Assembly (NCBI GenBank): GCA_963674705.1
Contig: OY771506.1
Span: 1,408,001 to 1,472,000 of the forward strand
Length of the DNA stretch: 64,000 nt
Reading direction: 5' to 3'
Source: Phycisphaeraceae bacterium
GTDB lineage: Bacteria > Planctomycetota > Phycisphaerae > Phycisphaerales > Phycisphaeraceae
The notes under the pieces are model-generated. The model ran no database searches. It had not been told where the DNA came from and saw only the letters and a program-made list of their open reading frames with translations. This document shows, piece by piece, positions 38,567 to 47,449 of this stretch (the first letter of the stretch is position 1; each line of letters starts with the position of its first letter). The position numbers were made by a program, and so were the translations under genes.

Positions 38567-39415
38567 TCAGTCGTTGGTTTGGGTGGTGTTTGATGTTGTT
38601 GCGTTTTTGTGTTGATGCAGGCTTGCTTCGGGGTATCGCATGACGAGAGAAGCGCCGCCTTCGGGTCTTGGGCGGAGTTCGAGTTTGCCTTGGAGGTTTT
38701 TAGCGACCTGTTGGCTGAGCGAGAGGCCGAAGCCGTGGCCGTCGGGCTTGCTGGTGTGGCCGATGCGGAGGTTGCCGGCGTCGTCGATCATGTCGGGGTC
38801 GATGCCCGGGCCGTCATCGTTGATGAGCAGCCAGACGGTGCCGGTCTCGAACCGGGCGATGATGTTGATGTGGTGTGGCGATGCGTCGGCAGGACTTGCG
38901 GGGCTTCCGAGGGCTTGCATATCCGCGATGGCTTCAATGCTGTTAAGGATCGCATTAGCGACAACGGGGAAGACGGGTCCGGCGGGCAGTGCAGCGGCGC
39001 GGGGGTCGACTTGCAGCGAAAGCTCGATGTTGTGATGCTCGGCCGACGGTTTGTGGATATCGACGATCTGCTCAAGCGTTTGGCCCAGCGTTTGGGATTG
39101 CGTAAACAGTTCGGTTGGCTGGGGCGCTGCTTTCATGAAGGCGCGGACAAGCGACGCCATCTGCCGCATGGCTTTGTCGGTGGTCTGCAATCTATTGAGT
39201 AGATCGTTGTTGTAGGCTTCGGCCTGGGGGGTGTTTTCGCTAAGGCTGTGGATCGCCAGGCCGATGTGCCGCATGGAGCCGTCCAACAGGTTGGCAAGCT
39301 CGTGCGCAAGCTGGGCGGCAGTGGCCGGCGACTGCGGCGCAGACTGTGCCTGCTTTGCAGTGTCTTGCGGGGGCATCACGGGATCGTTCGGGTTGTTGTT
39401 GTTTACAGACGACAT
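38567..39415 (-). CDS. cytoplasmic histidine kinase (HisKA + HATPase, no sensor domain)
   Basis: H-box LAHELANLL, N-box NAILNS, DDGPG, GHGFGL. Confidence 0.85.
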   Translation of the reverse strand: MSSVNNNNPNDPVMPPQDTAKQAQSAPQSPATAAQLAHELANLLDGSMRHIGLAIHSLSENTPQAEAYNNDLLNRLQTTDKAMRQMASLVRAFMKAAPQPTELFTQSQTLGQTLEQIVDIHKPSAEHHNIELSLQVDPRAAALPAGPVFPVVANAILNSIEAIADMQALGSPASPADASPHHINIIARFETGTVWLLINDDGPGIDPDMIDDAGNLRIGHTSKPDGHGFGLSLSQQVAKNLQGKLELRPRPEGGASLVMRYPEASLHQHKNATTSNTTQTND

Positions 39416-39551
39416 CCGGTATGGATATCGATCCGATAGCGTTGTGGATTAAGCACGACGTCGCGATCAGGCAACATTGTTCGGTGGTTGATGACGATGC
39501 GTACGGGCATCATCGGGTCGAAGCGAGAGCGTATAGAGATTATCGGTCATA

Positions 39552-40031
39552 TCAGGCTGCTTCGGCGCTTGATTCGGGATCTGCTTCGACTTTTTGCTCC
39601 GTCACGACTTTGACATCTGTTGAGTCTTCCGATTCGGTCTCTTGTTCGACGGTTGAAGGCTTTTCGGCGGGCTCATCTTCCGCGGCACACCATTTAGCGC
39701 CGGGCCAGTCGACGGGTTGATCTTCGGTGCCGTGATAGCTGAACTGGCATCGTCGCACACCCGCGCCGCACACTTTCATCAATGCCTTATCGAGCAGGTC
39801 GCTGGTGATTTGGGCGGGGTCATCGAGTTTGCTTAGGCAGACGTGCAGGTCGCAAGCCCCGCCGGGATTATGCACGCCGAGGACCGCCGCAATGATTTCA
39901 TGCTCATGTTGAGTGATGAGACTGATGTTCGGGTCGATGTCATTGGCCCGGATATCGAACCCAACGGACCTGGCGAACTCGGCCGCGGCTTCGATGCCTT
40001 CGGGGCGCAATTGTGAGACTTCGGTCGTCAT
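39552..40031 (-). CDS. hypothetical protein, possibly a degenerate GNAT fold with acidic tail
   Basis: ORF co-oriented with the kinase/regulator pair; weak GNAT-like pattern. Confidence 0.55.
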   Translation of the reverse strand: MTTEVSQLRPEGIEAAAEFARSVGFDIRANDIDPNISLITQHEHEIIAAVLGVHNPGGACDLHVCLSKLDDPAQITSDLLDKALMKVCGAGVRRCQFSYHGTEDQPVDWPGAKWCAAEDEPAEKPSTVEQETESEDSTDVKVVTEQKVEADPESSAEAA

Positions 40032-40187
40032 GACGGTCTTCCCGGTGCGTGTCTGAAGCAGACACATTCACACCGGAGTTATCGGTTAGTGCGGGGGGTG
40101 GGTTTTGCACGGCTGGTGCGTCACATAAAACACCCACGGATGGCGATCCGTGGGCGTTAGGTGTTGGTACATGTTAAGTTGTGCGGA

Positions 40188-43022
40188 TTAGTCGAGCCCG
40201 AGCGCCTCGGCGTCACGGTCCGATAGTTGGCCGCCGTCGCTGCGCTGCTTGACGGTGCCGTCACGTTTCCAGGATCGTTCGCAGCGCGGCTCGTTGCGCA
40301 GGTCGTCGATTACGATCGTTTTTTCCTGGCCTTCGTGGACACGACTGATACCCAATAAATCAGCAGCATCGGTATGGTCTATATCAATCAACGAATGAGC
40401 AACATGTGTTTTGGGGATAGATATACCAAGATCTAGTGGATTGCTTACATCATGAGAAGATCGATAGCCTTCAATTTCACGAAGGACAATGTCTCTTACT
40501 TGCATGATGAGCCTCCAGTCGCATGCTCCTGCCGGGTCGTAAGCAATGCTACCGTAATCTTCAGCGAAGTCCTCTGGGAATTTATGTAAATGGATACATT
40601 CATTATCGCTTTTCCATAGAGATCTCCAGGCCTCATCTGCTGTATGTGGGAGCAAAGGCGCAAGTAATAGACAGAGGTCGTGGGTAATTTTGAACATTGC
40701 AGCTTGGCAGCGACGACGCCGTTTTGAATCCGGCTTATCGCAATAGAGACGATCCTTAACTGCAGTTAGGTAAGTGGCGCTCAATGTGTCATTGCAGAAA
40801 TTATAGAGAAGCTCGTGTGCTTTACGAAAATCAAAATTGTCATAATGCTTAGTAACCGAACAGCATAAGCTCCACAGTTCCTGAAGTATCCATCCCTCAA
40901 GTGTAGGTTTCTTATATTCAGGATCGCGTTTATAAGAACTTGGTGTGTAGTCATCGAGGTTACTTAAGAGGAAGCGGATGGTGTTTCGGACCTTGCGGTA
41001 CTCTTCGCCGGCCAGGCGGAAGTATTCGTTGTCGACCTTGATGTCGTTGTCGGTGTTCAGCGAACTGACCCACCATCGGCAGACATCTGCGCCGTAATCT
41101 TTTAACAGGTCATCGACCTCGAGCGTGTTGCCTAGGCTCTTGGACATCTTTTTGCCTTCGCGGTCGACCATGAAGCCATGGGTCAGCACGTTCTTGAACG
41201 GCGCTTTGCCGGTGACACCGAGGCTTGGTAGCAACGATAGCTGGAACCAGCCGCGGTGCTGGTCGGAGCCTTCGAGGTAGAGGTCGACGGGGTGCCAGTC
41301 GTTGCCGAAGCGTTGACGGATGACCGCGTTCCATGATGAGCCAGACTCGAACCAGACATCGAAGATGTCTTTGCTAGGCTTGAGGCTTGAGAGTTGAGGC
41401 TTGAGGTTTTTGAGCCAGGCGGGGGCGTCGGGATCGGCTTCGGGGTTGTAGTGTTGCAGCAATTCTTCGGGGGAAGCGAGGAACCATGCATCGCTGCCTT
41501 TTTCACGGAACAATTGTGCGACCGCGCGGACGCTCGCGGCGGTGAGCAGCGGTTCGCCTTCGACACCCTCTGGAGGATAGAACGCGGGGATCGGTAATCC
41601 CCATGCACGTTGTCTACTTAAGCACCAGTCCGGGCGCGAATCAAGCATGCCGCGCATGCGGTTTTTGCCCCACTCGGGGAAGAACTTGACATCGGTGGCG
41701 GTGACGTCGAGTGCGCGTTCACGCATGGATCCGTCACCGGAAACGCCATCAACTTCAAACGATTTGTTGACATCGACGAACCACTGTTCGGTTGCGCGGA
41801 AGATGACGGGGCTCTTGCCGCGCCAGTCGTGCGGGTAGCTGTGCATGAACTGTTCGGCGTGGAACAGGTGGCCGGACGCTTTGAGTTTTTCAACGACCAG
41901 GTCGTTGGCCTTCCAGACGCTGACGCCTTGCAGCCAGTCGGGCGCGGTATCGTCGAACGTGCCATCATCCTTGACGGGGCAGTAGATGTCGAGGCCTTCA
42001 CGTAAGCCTGTCTGGTAGTCTTCGACGCCGTGGCCCGGCGCGGTGTGGACGAGGCCCGTGCCGTCTTCGAGCGTGACGTAGTCGGCAGCGACGACTTTGC
42101 GTGTTCGCCCGTCATCTAAGAACGGGTGTTTGTATTCCATGCCGACGAGGTCGCTGCCCTTGTAGGTTTTGCTCGGCGCTGCGTCGGTCTTGAGGACTTT
42201 GTTGGCGAGTTCTACAGCGAGGATGACTTTTTGGCCGTCGACATCGTATTCGCCGTAGTCGTAACGTTCGTGGACAGCGACAGCGAGGTTGGCGGGCAGT
42301 GTCCAGGGCGTGGTGGTCCAGATCATCAAAACGGGGCCTGACCCCGTTTCCGGGTCGAACTTCACGAACACGCTCGTATCTTCACGGTCGTAGTATTCGA
42401 GCTCGGCTTCGGCCAGCGCGGTCTGGTTTTCGATGGACCAGTGCACGGGCTTGAGGCCGCGGTAGACGATGCCGCGAGCGACGAGGTCGGCGAAGACTTC
42501 GAGGACGGCCCCTTCGTAGCGCGGGTTCATCGTCAGGTACGGATCGGTGTACTCTGCGACGGTAAGCAGGCGCTGCATCTGACCCGACTGGAGCTTGACG
42601 AATTTTTCCGCATACGTCTTGCACTTTCTGCGGACCTGGATCGGCTCCATCTCGCGCGCTTTATCACCCAGCTCCTGCATGACCTTATGCTCGATGGGCA
42701 GGCCGTGGCAGTCCCAGCCGGGGACGTAGGGGACGTCGAAGCCGGCCATGGTCTTGGTGCGGACGACGAAGTCCTTGAGGACTTTGTTGAGCAGATGCCC
42801 GAGGTGGATGGACCCGTTGGCGTAGGGCGGGCCGTCGTGGAAGACATATTTTTCGCGGTCTTTGCCCTGCTCGCGGAGCTTCGTGTAGAGCCCGAGCTTA
42901 TCCCAGCGCTTCATGCTGGCCGGCTCGTTCTGGACGAGGTTGGCCTTCATGGGGAAGGCGGTCTTGGGCAGGTTCAGTGTCTTCTTGTAAGTCTTTTTGT
43001 CAGCTTGTTGTGCGTCGCTCAT
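40188..43022 (-). CDS. ileS: isoleucyl-tRNA synthetase (type I)
   Basis: HDGPPYANG..HLGH, GWDCHGLPIE, WTTTPWTLP, GTGLVH, EGSDQHRGWF, KMSKS. Confidence 0.98.
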   Translation of the reverse strand: MSDAQQADKKTYKKTLNLPKTAFPMKANLVQNEPASMKRWDKLGLYTKLREQGKDREKYVFHDGPPYANGSIHLGHLLNKVLKDFVVRTKTMAGFDVPYVPGWDCHGLPIEHKVMQELGDKAREMEPIQVRRKCKTYAEKFVKLQSGQMQRLLTVAEYTDPYLTMNPRYEGAVLEVFADLVARGIVYRGLKPVHWSIENQTALAEAELEYYDREDTSVFVKFDPETGSGPVLMIWTTTPWTLPANLAVAVHERYDYGEYDVDGQKVILAVELANKVLKTDAAPSKTYKGSDLVGMEYKHPFLDDGRTRKVVAADYVTLEDGTGLVHTAPGHGVEDYQTGLREGLDIYCPVKDDGTFDDTAPDWLQGVSVWKANDLVVEKLKASGHLFHAEQFMHSYPHDWRGKSPVIFRATEQWFVDVNKSFEVDGVSGDGSMRERALDVTATDVKFFPEWGKNRMRGMLDSRPDWCLSRQRAWGLPIPAFYPPEGVEGEPLLTAASVRAVAQLFREKGSDAWFLASPEELLQHYNPEADPDAPAWLKNLKPQLSSLKPSKDIFDVWFESGSSWNAVIRQRFGNDWHPVDLYLEGSDQHRGWFQLSLLPSLGVTGKAPFKNVLTHGFMVDREGKKMSKSLGNTLEVDDLLKDYGADVCRWWVSSLNTDNDIKVDNEYFRLAGEEYRKVRNTIRFLLSNLDDYTPSSYKRDPEYKKPTLEGWILQELWSLCCSVTKHYDNFDFRKAHELLYNFCNDTLSATYLTAVKDRLYCDKPDSKRRRRCQAAMFKITHDLCLLLAPLLPHTADEAWRSLWKSDNECIHLHKFPEDFAEDYGSIAYDPAGACDWRLIMQVRDIVLREIEGYRSSHDVSNPLDLGISIPKTHVAHSLIDIDHTDAADLLGISRVHEGQEKTIVIDDLRNEPRCERSWKRDGTVKQRSDGGQLSDRDAEALGLD

Positions 43023-43041
43023 GGCTGGTTCTCTGGGTAAT

Positions 43042-43068
43042 AAAAAAGCCCTGCTTGTGGGCAGGGCT
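43042..43068 (-). terminator. attenuator terminator hairpin upstream of ileS
   Basis: minus strand AGCCCTGC-CCACAA-GCAGGGCT-TTTTT, ending about 20 nt before the ileS ATG. Confidence 0.88.
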
Positions 43069-43111
43069 CTTGGGAATTCCGGGGTTCCGGGGGGTGTGTG
43101 GATCGCCTGCC

Positions 43112-43174
43112 CTACCGTTTTACGGGAGAGTCGATAATTATCTCGGCGATGCTAATAAGCAATTCGGCGCTCAT
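43112..43174 (-). CDS. Ile-rich leader peptide of ileS (MSAELLISIAEIIIDSPVKR)
   Basis: 20 aa with 5 Ile codons including an ATA-ATT-ATC run; followed by antiterminator and terminator. Confidence 0.8.
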   Translation of the reverse strand: MSAELLISIAEIIIDSPVKR

Positions 43175-43184
43175 TTCGTGGGGC

Positions 43185-43213
43185 ATTATAGGGAGAGGAT
43201 CGGGTGTTGGGAA
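43185..43213 (-). promoter_or_regulatory. sigma70-type promoter of the ileS leader
   Basis: TTCCCA-N17-TATAAT on the minus strand, -10 box ending 10 nt before the leader ATG. Confidence 0.65.
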
Positions 43214-43298
43214 GTGAGGGTTTAGGCCCCTGGAAGTATTGTTCTAAATGGTGCAGTAGCACACGGGAGCCCACGTTCGTCGAACGTGGGCTTCGGGG

Positions 43299-44123
43299 TC
43301 AGGGGGTAGAGTCCTCACCATGAAGCCAATGGGGACCATTGAGCCAACCATTTTGAGCTTGCTCCAGGATGCTGCGGTAATAGTTGTTCAGGGTACTGGT
43401 GGTGTAGTCGTATTGATTGTGGTTCTGCACCGGGTAATCTGCGACGGCGGCGGCGAGGAATTGATCGGGATGGCAGTATCCCGTGTGATCCGATGAGCGG
43501 TGCGATTCGATCAGGTCTGGGTCGGACATCAATTGCCATGTGGTTGCAGGCGAGCCGTCGGGTGTTTGGTAGATGATTGATGCGATTGGGTCGACGGCCC
43601 CCCACTGCCCATTACGCCATGCTTCGATAATTGCGTGAGCGCTGTAGGCTTGCTTGAGGTTTGCCAGGTAGATTAGGCGGGCGGGTAAGCCTGCGACCTG
43701 ACATAACACACAGGCGACGCGTGCGATGTCGGTGCACCAATCGGTTCCGCGTTCGATGATCTGTTCTTCTGTTCCGCCGAATCGCATCGCATCTAGAGAA
43801 TCCTGCGAGTTTTGGATCACGGTTTGACAGAAGTTCACGATCCCGGCGATGTGTTGCTCCGGGTCTTGTGATGCGGTGCGTATCGAAGAGATATATGTCT
43901 CCAGTGTCGTGCGGGAGCCTGTTACATATGCTGAAGTCGAGGATATGGGAGTTTGATAAAACAGGTGTGCGGTTTGATCGCAGACGCGCACCATGTTTTC
44001 GGTGAGTACACGATCGACCGAGCCGGGGGCGTGGGTGTCCTGCTCCAACATGTGGCGGTACGCGGGGCCGAATTGATTGATCCCACGGTACGCTACGAAG
44101 CGGTCTTCATTGAACGCGGTCAC
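43299..44123 (-). CDS. transglutaminase-like domain protein
   Basis: Cys-His-Asp pattern WCTDIARV / AHAIIEAW..GQW / AVDP. Confidence 0.8.
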   Translation of the reverse strand: MTAFNEDRFVAYRGINQFGPAYRHMLEQDTHAPGSVDRVLTENMVRVCDQTAHLFYQTPISSTSAYVTGSRTTLETYISSIRTASQDPEQHIAGIVNFCQTVIQNSQDSLDAMRFGGTEEQIIERGTDWCTDIARVACVLCQVAGLPARLIYLANLKQAYSAHAIIEAWRNGQWGAVDPIASIIYQTPDGSPATTWQLMSDPDLIESHRSSDHTGYCHPDQFLAAAVADYPVQNHNQYDYTTSTLNNYYRSILEQAQNGWLNGPHWLHGEDSTP

Positions 44124-44638
44124 AGCAGGTCCTTCAAAGGTCTGCTGATCTGGTCGAACGCTTTAGCGGGGAGGTTGACGGTGTCCCACTTGGTGCTGCG
44201 GTGTTTCATGTGCTGGGTGTAGTCTTCTAATCGTACGGCGAGCACGGCGTACCAGCGCTGGTTGTATTCGAAGACTTCGTGGAACAGGGCGTCGGGCGGC
44301 TGGGCATCGCACCAGAAGAGGAAAGCGAACGTGGGGTCGAACCCGTCACCGAAGATGCCCTTCCATTTTTTCAGGCACTTGACATCATCGTTGGTGACCC
44401 AGTTCTGAAAAGACTTGCCGGTCTTGCCTGAATGTTTACGGCCCTTGACGTCGACGAGCAGGTTGTTGGCCGCTTCGGAGTAGACAACGAAGTCGAAGCT
44501 TTTGAGTTTGGCTTTGGTGCCGGTGAGCGATCCGGGCGCGAGGGCGCGTTTGGCTTCGTCGACGGCGACGTAAGGGATGGCGTTAGCACGCAGGTAGTGC
44601 TCGAACGCACGGTCGTAGTGGAACCGGCGGTTAGCCAT
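44120..44638 (-). CDS. HYExAFE-family protein (PD-(D/E)xK-like)
   Basis: N-terminal HYDRAFE, LKSFDFVV, LLVDVKGR. Confidence 0.85.
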   Translation of the reverse strand: MANRRFHYDRAFEHYLRANAIPYVAVDEAKRALAPGSLTGTKAKLKSFDFVVYSEAANNLLVDVKGRKHSGKTGKSFQNWVTNDDVKCLKKWKGIFGDGFDPTFAFLFWCDAQPPDALFHEVFEYNQRWYAVLAVRLEDYTQHMKHRSTKWDTVNLPAKAFDQISRPLKDLL

Positions 44639-44667
44639 GGTGGTATTGTAAGGGATTGGGGGAGGGA

Positions 44668-44760
44668 CCCGCGGCAGCTTCGCAGCCTACGGCTTGAAGA
44701 AACGGGAGGTAATTACTCCGTATATCTATCCAAGCTGCAGGCTGCGCCAGTTGCAGCGGG
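44668..44760. repeat. inverted pair of family-B repeats
   Basis: CCCGCGGCAGCTTCGCAGCCTACGGCTTG (44668-44696) and a diverged reverse copy (44731-44760); other copies at 36845-36873 and 57525-57553. Confidence 0.8.
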
Positions 44761-44783
44761 TTTATTTTATTTATGTAGTCTTA

Positions 44784-45347
44784 TCAATGTTGTCTGCGCA
44801 GCAGAGCGGGGATGGCGAGGCCAAACAGTGCAAGGCTGGCGGGTTCGGGGGTGATGACGCCTTCAAGCATCTCGCCGGCGGAAATGATTTTCCATGTGCC
44901 CATGGCGTCGTTGCTGACGGTGACCTGGGCGATCTGGATGTGGCCGTTGTAACCGGTGCTTGTGATGAACCATGAGACACTGATCTGTGGGCCTTCCAGG
45001 CTCTGCGGTCCGCCACCGAGATCGCCTGCGCCACCTGCGACGCTCGCACCCTCTGGCCCGATCCAGGTGTCATACAATTCCTCAGGCGGAGGCGGGAATA
45101 TGGCTAGCGGTTCAAAAACAAACCTGTTATCCGGGTATGGGTAGTTATACACATCACCCTGTGAGAGATCGACGACCATGCCGGCACTGGTCCAGTCTAC
45201 TGTGCCGCCGCCGTCCCAGAAGAACTGGTAAACCTTCCAGCCGGGGAAGTCGACGGGCTGGAACATGTCGACGCTGAGGCTGGCTTGCGTGGTGGCCGAT
45301 GTGAGTGTGACAGCAAGTAGCGTAGCGATTGTTTTACAGATGTTCAT
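44784..45347 (-). CDS. PEP-CTERM protein, one copy of an unnamed ~150-aa domain
   Basis: signal peptide; TPEPASLALFGLAIPALLRR tail. Confidence 0.88.
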   Translation of the reverse strand: MNICKTIATLLAVTLTSATTQASLSVDMFQPVDFPGWKVYQFFWDGGGTVDWTSAGMVVDLSQGDVYNYPYPDNRFVFEPLAIFPPPPEELYDTWIGPEGASVAGGAGDLGGGPQSLEGPQISVSWFITSTGYNGHIQIAQVTVSNDAMGTWKIISAGEMLEGVITPEPASLALFGLAIPALLRRQH

Positions 45348-45382
45348 GATGAATACTCCACGTTGAGAGATTATTTGTTTGG

Positions 45383-45937
45383 TTAACGACGGCGCAGCAT
45401 CGCGGGTACGGCTAAGCTGAACAGTGCAAGGGTTGCGGGTTCGGGGATGATGCCTTCGTAGATGACGCCGGCGGATTGGATCCGCCATGTGCCGATGGCG
45501 TCGTTGGTGACGGTGAAGTTACCGATCTTGATGTAGCCGATGTCGTCGGTGCGGGTGTTGAACCAACTGACATTGATATGCTGGTCAGTGAAAAACGGCT
45601 CCCATACGCCGAGATCAGTTGCACTGCCCGGGAGGCCGCCTGTAATGTCACCAATGATGCCGACGTAGGTATCGAACTCGAGCGTCGGGAAGATCGAGAT
45701 GAGTGCCGGGTTTGGCGGGCCGTCGCCCCCAAAAGGGTCCTGGTAGAACGTGCCTTGTGAGAGGTCAACGAGCAGGCCGGCGCTGGTCCAGTCCTCTGCG
45801 CTGTTCCAGTAGATGCCGTAGGCGGTGTAGCCGGGGAGGACGGCCGGTTGTGTCGGCACGACTTCGATGCTGGCTTGTGTCGTGGTGATAAGTAGTGAGG
45901 AAAGTGCTACTGCGGAGAAAAGTTTGGCCGGACCCAT
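45383..45937 (-). CDS. PEP-CTERM protein, one domain copy
   Basis: signal peptide; IPEPATLALFSLAVPAMLRRR tail. Confidence 0.88.
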   Translation of the reverse strand: MGPAKLFSAVALSSLLITTTQASIEVVPTQPAVLPGYTAYGIYWNSAEDWTSAGLLVDLSQGTFYQDPFGGDGPPNPALISIFPTLEFDTYVGIIGDITGGLPGSATDLGVWEPFFTDQHINVSWFNTRTDDIGYIKIGNFTVTNDAIGTWRIQSAGVIYEGIIPEPATLALFSLAVPAMLRRR

Positions 45938-46138
45938 CTCGTGCCTCCTTTGCGATGTGAGTTGTGCGGTCCCAGAGCGGGCGTGCGAGGCCCTATATCA
46001 GGATACATAAAGGCTTTGAGAAAAGATAGGATGATTTGCGCGGAATTATTGAAAATGAGGGGGATGGGTGAAAGCGTAATCGTTTTTTATAAAGTGCACG
46101 GCCGGTGAACCGGCCTCGCCTGTGGGTGGATATAAAGA

Positions 46139-46171
46139 AATACCCTGCCATTGTGGGGATGGCAGGGTATT
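46139..46171 (-). terminator. probable intrinsic terminator
   Basis: 13-bp stem AATACCCTGCCAT/ATGGCAGGGTATT followed by a T-rich tract on the minus strand. Confidence 0.7.
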
Positions 46172-46203
46172 GCAGGTGATTGAAGATTGAAGTTACAGAT
46201 TGA

Positions 46204-47352
46204 TCAGGTGCGGCGCTTGAACAGCAGTGCCGGGCCCGCGAGTGTGATCAACGCGAGGCTCGCGGGTTCGGGGGCGAGGACGACGCCATTAACTATATCA
46301 ACGCTCCATGACCGGCCTGCAGACGATAATGCGATTTTGCCGTTTGCGTCCTCGCTGAGCGTCAACATACCGATACGGACTATGCCTTTGTCGCTCGAAT
46401 CGGTATTGATCCATCCGACGCTGATATGCGGCGTCTCGAAGCTGAATGAACCACCCCCCAGTTCGTTTGCATTCGCTTCGATACCACCGGTACTGTCGTC
46501 TATCACACCTACATACGTGTCAAACTCCAGATCAGGATAGCTCTCGAACAGGAAGGATCTCGGAGCCGAATCAAATCCAAACGAATGATTGAAAAAATCA
46601 CCACTGGTTAAATCGACTCGCATTGTGGTTGAAGACCAATCCTGTATTCCATTGCCATTCCAGATAATTTCATTTGCCACATGCCCATCGGGCACATGTT
46701 CCGAAGAGACTATTCGTGTGGTTACCCCAATTTCATCTTTTGCGGGTGGCTCGGGTAACTGTGGGAATGGGCCCGGTTTCACATAGTCTGGCAGGACTGT
46801 AGGGGACGCTGATACACTGGCGAAAGCATCTAGGATCTGGCCGTTACTGATCGTAAAGTCCATGTAGACGCCCCTGGAATACATTCTTCCCGTGCCAACG
46901 GCATCGTCACTGAGAGTGATCATGCCGATACGTGTGAGTCCGGTGTTCGTGTAGTCGTAATTAAACCAGGACACGCTCAACTGAGGGGCGTTCATACTGA
47001 AGGAACCGCCACCGACGTCACCAGCACCCCCAATGATGGCAGCTGTGGCATCGCCTGTAATCCCGACGTGAGTGTCAAATTCTACCGTGGGGAACAGGTC
47101 AATCACGGGTTGGATATTTGGACCGTCGCTTCCGTACGGGTCCTGATAGAACGAGCCGACGGACAGATCTATACGCAGAGCAGCGCTAGGCCAATCCACG
47201 GTCCCGCCGCCATCCCAAATGATTTCGTTAGCGACGTAACCGGTGGGGACATTCGGGTCGGTGATGCCGTGAAGGCCGAACACCGCGGCATTTGCATTGG
47301 TGGCGACCGTAAAAACAGCGGCGACGGTCACCAACATGTTGACTATTTTCAT
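46204..47352 (-). CDS. PEP-CTERM protein, two domain copies
   Basis: internal duplication (GYVANEIIW / GHVANEIIW; EFDT(H/Y)VG twice), Pro-rich linker, APEP tail. Confidence 0.9.
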   Translation of the reverse strand: MKIVNMLVTVAAVFTVATNANAAVFGLHGITDPNVPTGYVANEIIWDGGGTVDWPSAALRIDLSVGSFYQDPYGSDGPNIQPVIDLFPTVEFDTHVGITGDATAAIIGGAGDVGGGSFSMNAPQLSVSWFNYDYTNTGLTRIGMITLSDDAVGTGRMYSRGVYMDFTISNGQILDAFASVSASPTVLPDYVKPGPFPQLPEPPAKDEIGVTTRIVSSEHVPDGHVANEIIWNGNGIQDWSSTTMRVDLTSGDFFNHSFGFDSAPRSFLFESYPDLEFDTYVGVIDDSTGGIEANANELGGGSFSFETPHISVGWINTDSSDKGIVRIGMLTLSEDANGKIALSSAGRSWSVDIVNGVVLAPEPASLALITLAGPALLFKRRT

Positions 47353-47449
47353 CTTTCTCTCCCTGTGAATTGGTTCCTTGGGAACCGCAAGTAATCAGGT
47401 TATTTCAAACACGGGCATGTGTGTCGTTACTGAACCGATGTTGTTCAGG

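Noticed and set aside
43023..43200. T-box riboswitch upstream of ileS
   Set aside because: No GGTGGNACC T-box sequence or Stem I is visible; the leader-peptide model fits better.
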